The notes below the pieces were generated by a model. That model saw nothing but the letters and a program-made list of their open reading frames with translations, was not told the DNA's origin and ran no database searches. A stretch of 64,000 bases of DNA from a virus. The position numbers and the translations under genes are program-made. How positions within the stretch are numbered: position 1 is the first letter of the stretch; each line of letters opens with the position of its first letter. This document shows, piece by piece, positions 45,533-54,760 of the stretch. The DNA lies in IMG/VR virus record IMGVR_UViG_3300033168_000001, positions 60-64,059 of that record; one strand, 5' to 3'.

Positions 45533-46270
45533 CTATGTGTGATCCGCGTCGATAAGCGCCTCGATTAACGCGCGTATCTGGTCACGGTCGAAGTGCCTTG
45601 AAAGGATGCGCGCCGCTCCGATAGGATCGCACGGCACACTGACACGCCTTTTCGCAATGCCTGCCTCTTTCGCCGCCGCATGGACACTCGGAAACTCGCC
45701 CGCTTGCATCCGTTCTAGAATGGCGGGGTGGTCACGCGCGATGCGGGCGGTACCATATTTAGCGTTACCGCTGCCCCTCTCGGAAACAGTGGTGTGATTC
45801 ACACCGCTGTTTCTACCGTCAAGAATATCTCCAATAGTAGGGGGGGGCGGTGTCGCGCCCGGAACCTCCTTGTCTTTGACCGCGTTCTTGTTCCCTCTCA
45901 TGGCCTGTTCGAGAGTGAGTTGGGGTGTTGCGCCGTAGGCGCTTGCCTGGGCGGTCTTGCGATCTTCGATGAGGCGGTCAATCATCGCGGGTGGCATCCC
46001 CAGGCCGTAGGGTAGGCGTGCCAGGCAGAAGGCCGTGAAGTCCGCGAACGGTCGCCCCTGCTCATCAGTCAGTTGCTCATACCCCTTATGCGTGAGCATG
46101 AGACGATACATCGCGTCGAGGTGGGACGCGTCAGCCTTCATATCGTGGAGTGTGCCCTGTAATTCCAGGCGCACCGCGATAGCCCAGTCACGCGAGCCCG
46201 GCGTGGCCGTCAGGTTGCCCGCATGGTCGAAGCCGCCTAGCGCGGCAGGGGATACAGGTCGTGTAGCCAT
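45533..46270 (-). CDS. Phage hypothetical protein
   Basis: YGTARIARDHPAILERMQAGEFPSVHAAAKEAGI motif. Confidence 0.6.
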   Translation of the reverse strand: MATRPVSPAALGGFDHAGNLTATPGSRDWAIAVRLELQGTLHDMKADASHLDAMYRLMLTHKGYEQLTDEQGRPFADFTAFCLARLPYGLGMPPAMIDRLIEDRKTAQASAYGATPQLTLEQAMRGNKNAVKDKEVPGATPPPPTIGDILDGRNSGVNHTTVSERGSGNAKYGTARIARDHPAILERMQAGEFPSVHAAAKEAGIAKRRVSVPCDPIGAARILSRHFDRDQIRALIEALIDADHT

Positions 46271-48189
46271 TCCCACACCCTTTTTAGCTGCTCTTCGGTC
46301 ATCTCATCACGCGCCGTCTTGAACTGTCGGAGAATCTCGGAATTGAGTGTCCCAAAGGCGACCCCCGTGTTTGACTCAAAACGACCCGTGTAGGTCGCAA
46401 TACTCTTGCGCAACAGACGCTCCCGGCGGCTTCCAGGCGTGTCGGGTAGAGGCGGCATATCGGGCGTCACAGCCTCACCGCACGCCTTGCGCATATGGAA
46501 ACTGTCCATTGTACGTTTAAGAACGATAGGGTCAAGGAGCCCTGCAAGTCCGTTCTCACTAATGCAAGAGAGGAGCAGCGCCGTTTCGCCATGGTCGATA
46601 GATTGACCCGTGGCTAAATCGAAAGCACGCTCACGAGCAACCTGGCCCGCGAGAGGAATAACGTTTCCCATCACGCGCGTTAATTCGCCATCGTCCACCC
46701 TTGCCGTATCTTGGTCGATATCCCGTTCTCGACTGTCGCGCACCACTGATTCTTGCTCTTCGCGAATTTTGTCAACGCACTCCATCAGAAGGCGATCATC
46801 GGGGCAGTAAATGCGCCCTACTTGCTCGTCATAGGAACCGCCTTCCGCATCGACGCGAACGGCCCGCGCCAGCATTTGTTCAATCCATGGTCGGCTGCGC
46901 ACATGTGTGAGACACGCCAGGTGCGTAATAGCCTCGACATCAAGTCCTTCGTAGGCCATTGCTACGGTGACGAGCACATCTAGCGCCCCTGGCTTAGAGC
47001 ACGCCCGACTAAAGCGCTCAATGGTCGCGACCGCCGCTTCGGAGTCATCACTAGCCGCGATCTCAGCATCGGTGATGCCCATTTCCTTGAGCCTTTTAAC
47101 ATACGTTTTGGCGACGTCAATGCGCGGCGCGACCACCAACAACTTTCCACTCCGTCGATGCATGCGGTATTGCTTCCAATCGCCCGCACATCGTGCAAGA
47201 AGATGGAATGCGAATTCGGTACGGAGCGCGGTATAAATGGCGTTAGGAGCTTCGTCGTCGTCAACAGACGCCAGGCCATCAACAGATTGCTCCGCACCAG
47301 CCCTATCGAGCCAACGAAGAGCGCCATCCACAACGGCAAAATGGAGGGGTTTGATAGCGCGATCTCGCAGCGCCTGAGTGCGACTATATTGAATGTACGG
47401 GGTTGTCGGCGTGGTATTTTCAAGCGATAACGCGGGCCTGTACTTTCCCTTACCAACATATTCGTAGGGCAAGTGGGCGATACGCCTGCCATCACCCCGC
47501 TCCCACGTTCCGCTCATATAGACCGTTAAGACAGCGCGCTCGATCAGAGGTCGTGTCGCGCGATCCCATTCCCCGCCTTCATCGCAGTGGTGCGGCTCAT
47601 CGAGAAAAAGGATGTATCGTTTGGTGTCAAATTCTTGCCGTTGCATCGAAGCACTGTCCGCCACAAGGGATTGGTACGTTGTGACGTATCCGCTCCTGCC
47701 GCGCGTTGGATTGTACACATTGCCAGCCACGCTGATCTCATTATGATGGCCGATCATCGCGCGATATTCAGGTTTGATGAATTGCTTTTCAGCTTGCTCA
47801 CGGAGCGCCAAACGGGGGACGACCCAGCAAATCGCATCCGCCACTTTAGGCAGCAAGCGGTGCGCTGCTATCACAGGTAAAAGACTCTTCCCGCCTCCCG
47901 GCGTGACCGCCACAAACACTTCTTTAACCGGAACGCCCGCCGCGATCTCCTTGCACATTCCATCGAATTGAGATTGAAAACTCCGCAGCATCCTAACCCC
48001 CTTCTTCCTGTTACACGAACGACATAACGCCCGCATCTCGTGCACGTTCGTTCGATGCGTGACCGACCACGGCATGATATGATCAGCCTCCCAATCGTCG
48101 CCCAGCGCGCATCCGCACGCCGGACATTGCCCTTCCGCCGCATACCACAACGCGCCGCGTAACGCCTTGGACCGTAACGTCCGTCCCAC
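46237..48189 (-). CDS. HNH nuclease-SF2 helicase fusion
   Basis: CPACG..WEADHIMPWS..ALCRSCNRKKG, then TPGGGKS, LFLDEPHH, MSGT, EGLD, QMLARAVR. Confidence 0.8.
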   Translation of the reverse strand: MGRTLRSKALRGALWYAAEGQCPACGCALGDDWEADHIMPWSVTHRTNVHEMRALCRSCNRKKGVRMLRSFQSQFDGMCKEIAAGVPVKEVFVAVTPGGGKSLLPVIAAHRLLPKVADAICWVVPRLALREQAEKQFIKPEYRAMIGHHNEISVAGNVYNPTRGRSGYVTTYQSLVADSASMQRQEFDTKRYILFLDEPHHCDEGGEWDRATRPLIERAVLTVYMSGTWERGDGRRIAHLPYEYVGKGKYRPALSLENTTPTTPYIQYSRTQALRDRAIKPLHFAVVDGALRWLDRAGAEQSVDGLASVDDDEAPNAIYTALRTEFAFHLLARCAGDWKQYRMHRRSGKLLVVAPRIDVAKTYVKRLKEMGITDAEIAASDDSEAAVATIERFSRACSKPGALDVLVTVAMAYEGLDVEAITHLACLTHVRSRPWIEQMLARAVRVDAEGGSYDEQVGRIYCPDDRLLMECVDKIREEQESVVRDSRERDIDQDTARVDDGELTRVMGNVIPLAGQVARERAFDLATGQSIDHGETALLLSCISENGLAGLLDPIVLKRTMDSFHMRKACGEAVTPDMPPLPDTPGSRRERLLRKSIATYTGRFESNTGVAFGTLNSEILRQFKTARDEMTEEQLKRVWEWLHDLYPLPR

Positions 48190-48190
48190 T

Positions 48191-48523
48191 CTATATCCCC
48201 TTGTCTTGCACGTCCTCAACCGACGTCGCCACCAGACACCGCGCCCCGTGCGCCGTCAAGCGCGCCGCCATCGCCGCCTGGATAGGCGTCGGCCGTTTGC
48301 CGGGCCGCTTCACCTCCACGAAGAGGGGTGGCTGGCCGTCCTTAATCGCCAACAGGTCCGGCGTCCCTGGCTCCCCCATCCTGACCGGACGGCCCTGCTG
48401 GTTGAGCAAGGCCCCCGCGTTTTGCCGGAGGACGTGCCAGCCCTTGAGCGTTAGATACTGGATGATGGATCGCTGTATCTCCGCTTCCGTCGCCGCCAGT
48501 TGCTGCATCGCCGCTGCTTTCAT
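48191..48523 (-). CDS. VRR-NUC domain nuclease
   Basis: TEAEIQRSI, GEPGTPDLLAI, LFVEVKRPG.RPTPIQ. Confidence 0.85.
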   Translation of the reverse strand: MKAAAMQQLAATEAEIQRSIIQYLTLKGWHVLRQNAGALLNQQGRPVRMGEPGTPDLLAIKDGQPPLFVEVKRPGKRPTPIQAAMAARLTAHGARCLVATSVEDVQDKGI

Positions 48524-48795
48524 CGCTTATACCCCACAAGCCCCGCACCGTGTTTCGCATCCTCGCAGTGAGAGGGGATTTCCGCACAATGGGGACACAA
48601 GGCCAACACATAGTCGCCTGGGCCAGCGAAATAGCGCGCCATCGTGTCCGGCCTATCCCGTTCGCAGCCAGGGCAATACCACACGCCACCGTCTATCGGC
48701 CCCGTCGCCATGCGCGTGCCGTCATGGAAAAGGGTCATCTCATGCGGCTCGACTATGAATCCGTCTGGTACTGCTTTCATGATCCCCGCCTCCAT
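48520..48795 (-). CDS. Small Zn-finger protein
   Basis: YCPGC...LCPHC. Confidence 0.45.
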   Translation of the reverse strand: MEAGIMKAVPDGFIVEPHEMTLFHDGTRMATGPIDGGVWYCPGCERDRPDTMARYFAGPGDYVLALCPHCAEIPSHCEDAKHGAGLVGYKR

Positions 48796-49212
48796 CCCCC
48801 ATCCATCACCGCATCACACAGCCACGGGATCGTATGCCGTGCCACGTTATCGTCGATCCATTTGACCCGCCTCCATCCACCCCGCTTCCATCGCCCGTAC
48901 ATGCGGGCCAGCGCACACGACCACGGAACGATGTGCCGGCCTGTGTGATCGTCCAGCCAGTTGACGCGCATCCAGAACCGCCGCCGTCGTGCAATGGCCG
49001 GCCAATGGTACCGCCGCCTGGCCCGCGTCGGGCTGTACACCCGCCGCCGCACGGTGATGCGATCTAACACGCGCTCAACCCGCTCCTGGTCGAGGCGCTG
49101 CCGCTCGGCCGCCGCCCATTCGCACTCACTCATCGCCGTGCCCTTCCGCTCCGCCAGCGGCGCACCGCGCACCACCACAACCTGCCGACCATAAACCGCA
49201 CCTTTGCGATGT

Positions 49213-49440
49213 TCATACCTGCACTCTCCACTCTTTCAATCCCGCATACCGCAGCGCTTCGGCGCGGCTCACACGCCACAAATAGTAGTGGTCGAAAGTG
49301 CCTGACCAGTGGTGTTCCGGCTTCCCTGGGAGGTGCAACCGCACGACCGTATGGCCGCGCCCATCCTCATCCAATTTGACCGCCAACACACGCGGATCAT
49401 TGTGGGTGGATGATCGCCAGTACACCCATTTACGGCTCAT
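49213..49440 (-). CDS. Small hypothetical protein whose ATG abuts element 2
   Basis: MSRKWVYW...; ATG immediately follows the element boundary at 49441. Confidence 0.6.
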   Translation of the reverse strand: MSRKWVYWRSSTHNDPRVLAVKLDEDGRGHTVVRLHLPGKPEHHWSGTFDHYYLWRVSRAEALRYAGLKEWRVQV

Positions 49441-49802
49441 ACGATGGACCTCCCAGGAAACCCACCCTCTTTAGGAGTGGGAGGAATGGGACCGGCCCCC
49501 CGCCAGTCGTGGTATAATAGAGACAGCACCACACGAAAGGCACGAACCTCCGGGGGACACAGTTTTAGCGTGTGCGGCAGCGCCAGCGGGTGACGCCGCC
49601 ATCGGCGTCGAGGCAGGAGTAAGCCGAGAGAATCGGCGGGACGGCGGCTGCATGGTCCTGACTCCTGTTGTGGTCGGTCGTACACCCTCGGGTGGCCGGA
49701 GCAGTCCGGTTGTAGTGCGGCCGGGAGGTCCGCCCCCTGTGTCGGGTATCGAAAGGGGCAGGGCTGCTGAAAGCCCACGGCTTTAGTCGTGTGGCACATT
49801 AC
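49441..49802 (+). mobile_element. Non-autonomous IS200/IS605 derivative 2
   Basis: Target TCAT; left hairpin CCCACCCT-CTTT-AGGAGTGGG; right hairpin AAGCCCACGGCTTTAGTCGTGTGGC; ends ..TTAC; TGGTATAAT at 49510. Confidence 0.85.
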
Positions 49803-50035
49803 ACCCCCTCCTCCACCAACATGGCCGGCCTGTGCCCCCACTGCCGGCAGTCCTCGCAGCGCGTCAGCACCATCAACACGCGCCCTGTTTGATCTCTGAC
49901 TGTCCAGCATTTGTCCATCAGCGCGTGGCTCGCCTCCGTCATCAGCGCGCCACAACAGCAACACTGATCTGGCCTTTCGTCGACGTCCTCTGACTGATCG
50001 ATCCATGCCTCCATGCCCTCGTGTTGTGTCGTCAT
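49799..50035 (-). CDS. Small Zn-finger protein
   Basis: CCCCG...RCEDC; its stop codon lies inside the element 2 terminus. Confidence 0.55.
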   Translation of the reverse strand: MTTQHEGMEAWIDQSEDVDERPDQCCCCGALMTEASHALMDKCWTVRDQTGRVLMVLTRCEDCRQWGHRPAMLVEEGV

Positions 50036-50595
50036 ACCGCTCCCCATCCCCTCTCCGCACATCGCGCTTGCGTGCGCCAGTACATCGCCTCCATCTCCGC
50101 CCGCCTCGATCGCTCCCTCTGCCGTCCTGAGCGCTGCTGCCTCAGCGGAGGCCGCCCCGCGTCCACACGCCACGCCGCCAGCTCCTGCCCCACCACCGCC
50201 CGACGTAGCGCCCCCAGCAGCGTGAGCGCCTCATCGTAGCCCGTCATCTCTGGCCGCTCCGGCGGCGTCCACCCACACGGCGCCAGGATGTGCCCCAGCG
50301 CATCGCCCAGCAGCGCCCGGCGTGCGTGCTCTCCGCCAGGTTGGAGCTTCCGCATCATCACCCCGACGCCGTGGATCACCGTTGTGTGGTTGCGGTGCAC
50401 CTCACGCGCCGCCTCCATCAGCGTCAACCCCGCCCAATAATAGAGCGCGGTCATCAGCGACTGCCGCGCGTCCGTGATCGCCTGGTGGCGGTCCCTCCCC
50501 GTCAGATCGTCCGGCGTGTAGCCGTAGTAGTCCTCGACCTGCTGCCACACGATGTCGGCGCGCTCCTGCTTCGTCTGTGTTAAAACGGTTGTCAT
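50032..50595 (-). CDS. DnaA domain IV-like HTH protein
   Basis: VEDYYGYTPDDLTGRDRHQAITDARQ..M...GLTL..AREVHRNHTTVIHGV, the Bac_DnaA_C signature. Confidence 0.75.
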   Translation of the reverse strand: MTTVLTQTKQERADIVWQQVEDYYGYTPDDLTGRDRHQAITDARQSLMTALYYWAGLTLMEAAREVHRNHTTVIHGVGVMMRKLQPGGEHARRALLGDALGHILAPCGWTPPERPEMTGYDEALTLLGALRRAVVGQELAAWRVDAGRPPLRQQRSGRQRERSRRAEMEAMYWRTQARCAERGWGAV

Positions 50596-51350
50596 GACAC
50601 CACTCCCTCTTTCCGCGCTTGCCCCGTCCCCGTCCCCCGCGCCCGCTGCTTCGTCCCTGGAGCGTTGACGCCGCTTGTGGCGCTGCTTATGCCGTGCTGC
50701 CTGCTCCCGTGGCTGTCTATCTCTCTGAACGCCGCTCCGTCCGTCTCAGCGCGCGTCAGGGGGTGATCGCACAGCCACGCCGCCTGATCCGCTTTGGCTT
50801 TGTCATCTAAAGCGGATCAGGCGGCGCCATAGGGCTGGCTCTGTGCGCGGCGTAGCAGGCAGATCACACACAGGCCGTCGCGCCAGGGCTCGTGATGGCG
50901 GCAGCCGCAGAGACCGGCCTTGAGCGCCGCTTGCTGGGCGCGAGTCAGCGCGAGCGGCGTGGTAATGGGTTTGATGGACGTGGTCATAGCGTTACCGCCC
51001 GCGCCGCTTCGGCGTCCAACTCCGCGATGCGCCGTCGGATGGCCCGCGCCGCCGCCTCCGCTGAGTCCAGGTCCGCCTCGTCCATGCCCGGCCGCTCTAA
51101 ACGGTTGAGCGCCGCCAGCAGCTCGCCGCGCTCCTGCTGGCGTTGACGCGCCGCCAGGGACCAGGCGCGACGTCGCGCGCGATACTCCTTGAGCCAGCCT
51201 GTCTCGCTCGCTCTCGTTGGTGTCAGTCGTGTGTGCATTGGTGGCCTCCCTCGGTCCGGTAATAGTAGCGGTAATAAATGTATGACCAGTCGAGGAGCAG
51301 GACCGCCGCGGTGAAGATCGCTATTTTGACGGCCTGTACGCACACGGTCC

Positions 51351-52490
51351 TTACGCGCTCCATGGGGCGTCCTCCTCGTCGAATAAGGCGTGCTGTGTCG
51401 CCGTCGGGGTCTCAGACAAACACGCGGGGCTGATCCAGAGGCGCTCCCGTTCGGCGTTCCCTTTGTCGTGAGACTGATAACCCGCTCGCTGTTTCCAAGC
51501 CACGACACGCCAGTCCGCAGGCGCCGTAAACTCGCCGTCGTAGCCGCACAATATGACGCGAAGGAGCGGGTTGTGCCAGTTGGTCTTACACCATTCCACG
51601 ACTGACTCAGCCACATTGCTCTTGACGCCGTACAGATCGCTCCCTGTCTCATAGGGAGGGTCGAGGAATACAGCGGTCATGCCATGCTTCTCCGTCACCG
51701 ATGGCCCCATGACGCGCGACCAATCGCCACAGACGACGCGCACCCGGCGTAGGCGTGCCGCCAATAGGTGAAAGTAGTCAACGAGGCCACCTTGGGAATG
51801 ACGGTCGCGGTGGACACCGCGACCGTCATTCCCAAGGTGGGGCAACTGATGCCGGGGCCGGTGGACACCGGCCCCGGCATCACTGAGCGCCGGAAGCTGA
51901 TGGGTGGCCGTGAGGGGACGCGGGGCGCGGTGGACACCGCGCCCCGCGTCCCCTAAATGAGGAAGCTGGATGGGGGCCGTCACGTCGCCCTGTGGGCGAT
52001 GCTGGCCGCGGTGTCCACCGCGGCCAGCATCGCCCAGGTGCGGTATCTTGACAGCGGGCTCGCCATCGACGCGCAGCGCGGCCACGTCGCACCACCCATG
52101 TCCAATCCAGGCGCATTGTCCCCACACCCACCAGCCCGCGATGTTGGCATCGTAGTACGCCGGGTCGGTCATCATGCGCTCACACCACGTCGATTGATTC
52201 AGAAGCCAACGGTGACGCGCGTGCAGGTCCGCCTCATTCACCGGCCAGTCGGTGTAATGCGCCACCGCGTCGGGATCAGCGGCCACCGCACGCCACCAAT
52301 TAGCGATGTAGGGGTTAAGCTCGTTGACGGTCTCGGTCTTGCCCTCCCACTCAGGACGCGCCAGGAGCACCGCCAGGCTTCCGGCGAAGGGCTCAACATA
52401 GTTGGTCGCGTCTCCGAAGTAGCGCCACGCTAGATCGCCCACACGGCTCTTGCCGCCGAAGTACGGGAAGGGGGACGGCATGGCTCTCAT
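51351..52490 (-). CDS. DNA adenine methyltransferase (D12/Dam-like) with an internal repeat insertion
   Basis: FPYFGGKS, YVEPFAGS, VFLDPPY. Confidence 0.88.
   Translation of the reverse strand: MRAMPSPFPYFGGKSRVGDLAWRYFGDATNYVEPFAGSLAVLLARPEWEGKTETVNELNPYIANWWRAVAADPDAVAHYTDWPVNEADLHARHRWLLNQSTWCERMMTDPAYYDANIAGWWVWGQCAWIGHGWCDVAALRVDGEPAVKIPHLGDAGRGGHRGQHRPQGDVTAPIQLPHLGDAGRGVHRAPRPLTATHQLPALSDAGAGVHRPRHQLPHLGNDGRGVHRDRHSQGGLVDYFHLLAARLRRVRVVCGDWSRVMGPSVTEKHGMTAVFLDPPYETGSDLYGVKSNVAESVVEWCKTNWHNPLLRVILCGYDGEFTAPADWRVVAWKQRAGYQSHDKGNAERERLWISPACLSETPTATQHALFDEEDAPWSA
51787..52036. repeat. Array of four perfect hairpins with conserved apex GGTG(GA/TC)CACC
   Basis: Stems of 26 bp (51787-51840), 17 bp (51847-51882), 20 bp (51913-51954) and 21 bp (51993-52036), each with a 2-nt loop. 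Confidence 0.92.
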
Positions 52491-52659
52491 GCGGCCACCG
52501 CGCCCTCTCGCCCCGAGGCCAGCGCCCGCGCCGTACCGGCAAACACCGGCCCGAACGACCGCCCCGTCGCCATGTGCCACCGCACGCGGACGCACGCCAC
52601 CAGGGCCGGGAAAAGAAGGGGGTATACGTTGCCAAGAAAAGAGGGGCCGAGTGGTATCT

Positions 52660-52835
52660 TGGACATCTTGGCAATCTTGGCAACGTATAGGTTTTTCAGG
52701 TTGCCAAGTTCCCTATAGGTTGCCAATATATATATAGGTAAATATATATAGGTTGCCAAGATGTCCAACAGGGACACCCACGGCCTGCAACTTGGCAACC
52801 TAGTCAGGCTATTTTCAGGCGCACGGCTATAGGTT
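52660..52835. repeat. Putative phage replication origin
   Basis: Several (G)GTTGCCAA/TTGGCAAC copies in both orientations around TATATATATA runs, just downstream of the helicase gene. Confidence 0.6.
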
Positions 52836-52841
52836 GCCACG

Positions 52842-54047
52842 CTAGAAGCCATGGGGTCGGTGACTATCGTCGTCATCACGGTCCTCCTTGTCCCACGGAG
52901 CGCGGCCACCGGCGGCCTGCTCAGGCGGGAGTTTCCAATACCATTTGGATTTGACGCTGCCCTTTTCGCGGTAGGACACCACGCCCAGCGCTTCCTTGGC
53001 GCGGTTCAGCGTGCGATCCGCGATGGGCACTTGACGCGACTCGGCCTTGACATCCACCGCGAGCACGGGGCCACCGGCGAGCACTTCACGCAGGAAGTCT
53101 TCGGCCTCGCGCTCCTTCTCCGGCTCAGGGCCAGGCGCGCTACTCGTGGCGCTAAACACGGTGTCAGCGGTCACGGCCACGGCGTTGGTGTCCCATATCA
53201 CCGTGCCTGGAGGCATCAACTTAAAGCCGATGCCGGGCGCCGTGGCGGCCAGGTTGCTCTTGATCTGCACGACCACGCGCCGCGCCGGATCATCGGGGTC
53301 AACGCCCATCGCCAGTGCCGATCGCGCGGCGGCGACGTAGGCCACCGAACCGATCACGCGATGGATGGCCGGCCCCTCCTTGCTTTTGTTGCTGTGCGTG
53401 ATGGCGAGCACGGCTGCGCCCGTCCGCATCGCCAGGGCGGCCAGCGGCGTCAAGACGCTGCGGAGCTTGACATCAGCGTTGCCCTCGACATCGCCCAAAT
53501 AGGCGTTGATCGGGTCAACCACGAGCAGGCGGGCGCCGTACTCATACATGACATCCTCCATCACGGATAGGTCACGGTCGAGGCGGGGCGCCCGCTCCAC
53601 TTCACGGCCGGCGACAACCTCCTGCATCCCCGTGATGCACTTGATACGGGCGCAGTCGGCGCGCAGCATCTCAAGGCGTGGTTTCATGGTCGTTTCAAGG
53701 TCGTCCTCGGCAGCCATAATGACCGTCGCGGCGAGGGGATGGCCCTGTGTGTGGCCGGGGAACGGCGTTCCGGTCGATAGGCGTGAGGCCAGGTCGAGCG
53801 TTAGAAACGATTTACCCAGGCCCGGATCACCCACCAGGAGCGTCAGCTTGCCGAACGGGATACGCCCCTCCCATAGCCAGCGCAGTGGTTGTGCGACGAC
53901 GGTCTCCATGGATACCACGATCGCCCGCGTCGTTGGCGCATCCCCGCCGGCCTTGTCGTGGCTGTTTGACGCGCCAGGAGGCGACTCAGGGGGCAGTTCC
54001 ATGCTCGCCAGGTGTTGGAGGACGTCGAGAGGCTGACGGGGCATCAC
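52842..54047 (-). CDS. AAA_25 / RepA-like replicative helicase
   Basis: LLVGDPGLGKS, AAEDD, LLVVDPINAY, VLAITHSNK, GSVAYVAAARS. Confidence 0.85.
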   Translation of the reverse strand: MMPRQPLDVLQHLASMELPPESPPGASNSHDKAGGDAPTTRAIVVSMETVVAQPLRWLWEGRIPFGKLTLLVGDPGLGKSFLTLDLASRLSTGTPFPGHTQGHPLAATVIMAAEDDLETTMKPRLEMLRADCARIKCITGMQEVVAGREVERAPRLDRDLSVMEDVMYEYGARLLVVDPINAYLGDVEGNADVKLRSVLTPLAALAMRTGAAVLAITHSNKSKEGPAIHRVIGSVAYVAAARSALAMGVDPDDPARRVVVQIKSNLAATAPGIGFKLMPPGTVIWDTNAVAVTADTVFSATSSAPGPEPEKEREAEDFLREVLAGGPVLAVDVKAESRQVPIADRTLNRAKEALGVVSYREKGSVKSKWYWKLPPEQAAGGRAPWDKEDRDDDDSHRPHGF

Positions 54048-54760
54048 GAGGCGTCCTGTCCTCTCTGCGCACCCTTCGCTAAGGCGTCAGCGGGTAGGCG
54101 ACCGATGGGCGCAAGCGCGCCCACGGTCTCAATGATGGCCGCGCCGTCATACATGGCGTGGCGGCACAGATCATCAAGCGTGGCGCCCCCCCACATCCAA
54201 AGATGCGGCGCGTCGGCCAGTCGCACGGCCCCCGCTGACAAGCCCGCGCGCCGAAGGGCATGGGCGACATGGAGCGCGCCGCCTGGCAGACCGCACGCCT
54301 CGTCGTCAATCACCACGCAGAGCGCGGGCGCCGCGTCGCACAGTTGCCGTATGGCGCGCGGGGGCACGACGGCCGATCGCCCGCACAGGAAGGCGACCAC
54401 CGCGACGCCGGCGCGGTGGAGCATCCAGACATGCGGGATGCGTGCGACCACCAGGACCGGCTCCCCCGCCACCACGCCAGCCGGGTTATACAGTTGGCGC
54501 GACGCGGCCTGACCGTCCCAGGCCGCGCCCGGCGCTTTCTCGTCCACCGCCACGAGGCGATAGCTCGTGGCGTGCCCATTGGCATCTCTGACGGGGAAAC
54601 GCCACCACAGGCGCTCCTGGCGCGTCACAAGGCGCACGTCGAACGCGCGCAGGGCCTCCGGCGTGACGCCACGATAGCCCCAGTACGTGCGGGCGGTGTC
54701 AGCCATGCGCGCGGCCAGCACGCCCTTATCCGTGGCCTGGGGGATTGATTCAGCGGTCAT
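54044..54760 (-). CDS. Toprim-like primase (possibly degenerate)
   Basis: YWGYRGVT, WRFPVRDANG...YRL, LYNP; the expected Toprim Glu is not evident. Confidence 0.6.
   Translation of the reverse strand: MTAESIPQATDKGVLAARMADTARTYWGYRGVTPEALRAFDVRLVTRQERLWWRFPVRDANGHATSYRLVAVDEKAPGAAWDGQAASRQLYNPAGVVAGEPVLVVARIPHVWMLHRAGVAVVAFLCGRSAVVPPRAIRQLCDAAPALCVVIDDEACGLPGGALHVAHALRRAGLSAGAVRLADAPHLWMWGGATLDDLCRHAMYDGAAIIETVGALAPIGRLPADALAKGAQRGQDAS

Noticed and set aside
51787-52036. Hairpin array as a CRISPR array or integron attC cassettes
   Set aside because: Units differ except at the apex, spacers are 6-38 nt and in-frame, and there are no cas or intI genes or RYYYAAC/GTTRRRY ends.
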